Source: Basidiobolus ranarum (taxonomy: Eukaryota). From it: a DNA stretch of 38,384 nucleotides. Below, in pieces: positions 34,517 through 38,384 of the stretch. The DNA lies in assembly GCA_040143965.1 (NCBI GenBank), contig JASJQH010006922.1, positions 1 through 38,384 on the forward strand, given 5' to 3'. The translations under genes and the position numbers were made by a program. How positions within the stretch are numbered: the stretch's first letter is position 1; the number at the start of each line of letters is the position of its first letter. The notes under the pieces were generated by a model. The model searched no databases, had not been told where the DNA came from, and saw nothing but the letters and a program-made list of their open reading frames with translations.

Positions 34517-35001
34517 GCGACTCTTTAGCATTGCTGCTAAATGAAAGCCAGGCATTCCATTCAAATCCAATATTGCAGAATTTTCATGACATGAAACGTA
34601 CATAACTATTAAATGATTAGCTATTTCCTATTCTAGAAATGGCTTTTTAGAAATGAACTTGAATACTATGTAGCCATTACCAATGTAGAAATTAACTTTA
34701 TCAGTGAATGTGAAGTTCCACACCCTAGAAAGTGGGAAGTGGAAAGGTGGTGAAAACTAGGTTGAGGTGGATTCATGGGAAGAGTTCAGTAAAGGAAACT
34801 GATTATCCTAGATATTAGGGCGATGTTAAGATGATCTTGCTTGCATCCTGTTATTTGAAGGTCTGGATTGATTTCTCAAATGAGGCGTAAAATAGTATAA
34901 ATATAAGCTTGCCTGTATGAACCACTCCCAGTATAAATATAAAATTTCCTGTACTCAATAACTAAGCCAAGCTAAAACAAAACCTTCTCATCAAGCCAAG
35001 C

Positions 35002-35658
35002 ATGAGGAACCCATATCCCAATCACCACTTGAATAAAGTGGATTTCTGTATATTCAGTAAAAGTACCCAACAGCATGAATCCATAGTTCGCCAAAAGATT
35101 TCCAAATTTCTTCCCGATATCAGCACCCTTCGAGTAGCCGAGTTTGCAGCCAACATGGTCAGTTACATGTGGAACACCCAACTCGGTTCATCTTCCTATA
35201 CAGCCAGCGCAGACCTGAAGGCATTCTGTAATGCGCTCATATTTACCACAGAAATGTCTTCCACCACAATACTTACTGCCCTACAATACATTCATCGACT
35301 GAAAAGCTACAGTCCATCCGCTGGCGGAAATCATTGGTCTGAATATAGATTATTTACGGTGGCATTAATGTTAGCTAGTAAGTTCCTAGATGACGCCACT
35401 TTCACCAATAAAGTTTGGGCAGAGGTGACCAGAGTTCCAGTGAAGGAGTTGAATTTAATGGAGTTGGAATTTCTTTCTTTTGTAGATTTTGATTTGTATG
35501 TTAGTGAGAGAGAATTCCTTCATTGGTTACAATGTTTGGGCCATTATTGGAATCGTGTTCCAAACCCTAATCGACTCAAAGGTTCACAGTATATCGATCT
35601 CTTACAACGTCAACGCCTCGATCATGATTATTGGCGTAAATACCCCCCTCTCTCTTGA
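35002..35658 (+). CDS. Pho80/Pcl/Clg1-family cyclin-box protein, 218 aa
   Basis: TILTALQYIHRL...YRLFTVALMLASKFLDDATFTNKVWAEV...ELNLMELEFLSFVDFDLYVS. Confidence 0.85.
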   Translation: MRNPYPNHHLNKVDFCIFSKSTQQHESIVRQKISKFLPDISTLRVAEFAANMVSYMWNTQLGSSSYTASADLKAFCNALIFTTEMSSTTILTALQYIHRLKSYSPSAGGNHWSEYRLFTVALMLASKFLDDATFTNKVWAEVTRVPVKELNLMELEFLSFVDFDLYVSEREFLHWLQCLGHYWNRVPNPNRLKGSQYIDLLQRQRLDHDYWRKYPPLS

Positions 35659-35712
35659 AATAAACATAGAATATCTCTTAAATAAGTCCCTTTATTTTCA
35701 ACTATTACGCAT

Positions 35713-37498
35713 TCAAAGCTCGTCTTTAATGTTCTGTTGGCGAGTTTCCAACTGAGGATCAAAGGTGTAGGAGAAGAAGCGTCCCTTACCTTGGGAAGTC
35801 TCGGTCAGATAGTTATCCAGTGATGATTCGTCAAAGCCACCAATGAAAGGTTTGTATACTTTCTTGCCTGGCTTAATTACCACCATGTTAGGTATGTCGC
35901 TCGAGAGATCGAAATCCTTGATCAACTGGGGATTCTCGAGGGCATGAACCCACACGAACTGAATTGAACTATTCTTGTCATGTTGGGCTTTCTTGGTATT
36001 TTTCAAGATTTGAAGATTACTTTCAAACTCTTCCACACTTTCGGGATATTCCGGTTCCACCGATAAGAAAGCGATCGCACAAAACCCTCCCTTTGAAAGG
36101 CATTCTTCCTTTAATTGGGCTTGGTTCTCGATTTTGGTGATTTCGGGATTGACTACAGAAATGATGAAAGTTAAATGATAAAGTTTAACTTGAAGATCGT
36201 GTATCGTCATTCATAATACTACTACTTACAGGGCTTAGTCTTGACAGGGGGAGAATTGGTCTTGGTGTTGGGTTTGGAAGGGGCATATTGGCTCATGAAT
36301 TTGAACAATGCCTCATGTTTTAGGGCCCCTAGTATTGTCAAGAGATGAGGTGAGCATTCTTGTGATTTCCACCGATCATTATCACTTACCATCATAAACG
36401 ACGGGTTCACTTTGAGATCCCTTGGGGAAAACCAATAAGGTAGGGAATTTCTCCACGTTATAACGTTGAACGATTTCACTTTCAGTATTTTTCACCTGTC
36501 CTAGTACGATACGGTTATGATAATCAACGGAGAGGGCTTTGTAAAGTGTGGTAGTCTTATCCTTGTTTGTGAATAGGATTGCTTTTGGTGTGTCTTCCTA
36601 TGGTAATGATCAAAAGGGGTTTAATAAGATATGATCATGTCATTAAGATTCTTCCTTCCTACTTACTCCTACTTGAGCCAAGAAATCTTCAAGGTTGACT
36701 ACTTTAGGTTTGGATGGATTGGAACTGATGGTTTGAACGTAGGAGGGAATTTTGGATACTGCGAAATCCACCAACGCTTTAGCGCTTCTTGGTCCGTTAT
36801 AATCTATTCATTATGATAAATGATAAACAATAAATGATCAATAGAACCATTCCAACCAAAACTATTCCACTTCTCTTACCAACTGGTACTTTTGTCACCT
36901 TATTAGGATGTTTGGAGTCGGAAGTTAATTGACTGGGGAATACCTTAATGGTGGGGAATCCTAAACAATTCACGGAATAAGAAGGTGTCTCGAACTCACT
37001 ACTCTTTTCTTATTTACCTTGGATCCCATATGTACTACAAAGAGGTTTATTCTTTTCCTCATCACAATCTACCGCTGCCACTTTGACGATACCTTTCAGA
37101 TTTTGTGCAGCTTTTTTAAAGTCGGGTACGAGCCTACGTATCGTTTTATCGTTAGAAAAAGAAACTCTTGGATAGGTTCTCAAGGGAAATATTACTTTTG
37201 ACAATGACCACACCAAGGAGCAAAGAACTCCATCAATACTACTTGCTATTAAACGAAAGGAAGAATATTATTAGTTTAAAAGAGTAGCTGACAACCAATG
37301 CAAGGGGAATAATCCCAGGAAGTGGGTAAAGTGGTTCCATTCCAAGTAAGTTATAAATACCTCGGTTTCCAACACCTCTTTTCTAAAGTTCTTCTCGGTA
37401 ATAGTAACGACATTATCACCCGAACCATAAAAAGCGTTGACCTGTAAAAGGGCAGAAGAGTAGACGGCCAAAGAAATTAACCAAGATTTGACGTGCAT
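35713..37498 (-). CDS. ER protein disulfide isomerase (Mpd1/PDIA6-like), about 8 exons
   Basis: Signal peptide, [54 protein letters not shown], two further thioredoxin-like domains without CxxC, C-terminal KDEL. Confidence 0.9.
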
Positions 37499-38384
37499 AT
37501 CAATAAACCTTCTCTAGTAAAGAGCAATGTCAATGGTTCAGTTAGTAACCCGATTAATATATGAGGCTATTTCAATGCATTATCTATGCCTTGGTGATGT
37601 CAACTGGTGATTGGCCTTTTTTCCCAACATGTGGGTGATTCCTCCAGTTAATACATGCCAAATGTAATTCCAAATTGGATGGAATTTTATATATGCTCTC
37701 GTGATGGTATTGGTAAATACTAACTGTAGTTTTGAGTTAAGTGCTTAATTACTATACATGGAAACAATATTTATGATAAATATGATTCCTAGAATTATTA
37801 GATTTTTAGAATACTACCGGATTTCACTATAGAAAGGTATATTTAATGGTAAACTACTAATCAAGTTATTGATCAATATAAAAAATCTAACTACAATTAA
37901 AAAACTGCAAATTGGAGAAACAATGAATGTATCCTAATAATGTTTATAAAGGTGCAAAATTTCTAGCCTCTTGAAAACTTCCAAAAACTTCTTTTTACTT
38001 GGCTACTTTAGAGATTGCACATGAAGATTTTGGGCATTGTTGGAAGTGATTTGGATGTTGAAATTAGCATTGCCTAAACACCTATATAGTCATATATACC
38101 TTAGTACTTAGTTATCTTATAACTCACTAAGATATCATCCATTATTCTCATAAGGAATTTACTTAGAATATTGACACCAACTTAGAAGTTCTAAGATATA
38201 TAGATTTTTCAAACTTGTGCTAGAAGCCCCAAACTTTGCACACATGTTCCTGGGACCTTCCTTAACACATTCTACATGTTAGTTTGCTTACATCTTGACA
38301 AAACTATAAATGTCAACCAAATACTCAATAAATCAATAAGTGAAAACCACCAATTCCTCTTGTTGGAGGATCTTGACATTATGG

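Noticed and set aside
34514-34528. Stop-codon readthrough of LPD1 to a cryptic peroxisomal signal
   Set aside because: Context is TGA GCG rather than TGA CTA, and the extension ends ATL, not a canonical PTS1.
35713-37498. Possible selenocysteine (in-frame TGA) in the PDI
   Set aside because: Active site is WCGHC with TGT codons; no in-frame TGA in the reconstructed exons.
1-38384. CRISPR arrays, rRNA/tRNA genes, transposase or reverse transcriptase ORFs
   Set aside because: No repeat-spacer periodicity or recognisable motifs seen; small ncRNAs cannot be excluded without covariance-model searches.

Overview
Gene-dense, AT-rich eukaryotic DNA with many short GT-AG introns and CTAAC-type branch sites. 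Gene content points to an early-diverging fungus (Basidiobolus-like Zoopagomycota/Mucoromycota is my inference, not demonstrated). I can support 20 protein-coding genes. In order: the tail of a Pro/Lys-rich protein, a secreted knottin peptide, a spliced synaptobrevin-like gene absent from the ORF track, mitochondrial ProRS, secreted His-rich protein A, a macoilin-FN3-coiled-coil membrane protein, an MTH1-type Nudix hydrolase, prefoldin 3, UV endonuclease, His-rich paralog B, UTP6, ATP11, a cytochrome P450, an ENA Na+/K+ ATPase, a phosphorylase kinase alpha/beta-like protein with an inserted ILEI/GG domain, a DUF1647-like protein, ZIM17, LPD1, a Pho80/Pcl-type cyclin and a KDEL-bearing PDI. I recognised no rRNA, tRNA, CRISPR array or coding transposon. 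Highlights: a fungal macoilin homolog fused to FN3; a lectin-like insertion in a PhK regulatory subunit; a spider/cone-snail-framework knottin; two His-rich secreted paralogs with a conserved C-x17-C tail; an R-SNARE-like protein missing one heptad including the zero-layer Arg; a clear U12-type minor intron; and a GATC-rich quasi-palindrome upstream of UVE1. All exon structures are manual reconstructions, and all homology calls rest on motif recognition or remembered sequences, not database searches.
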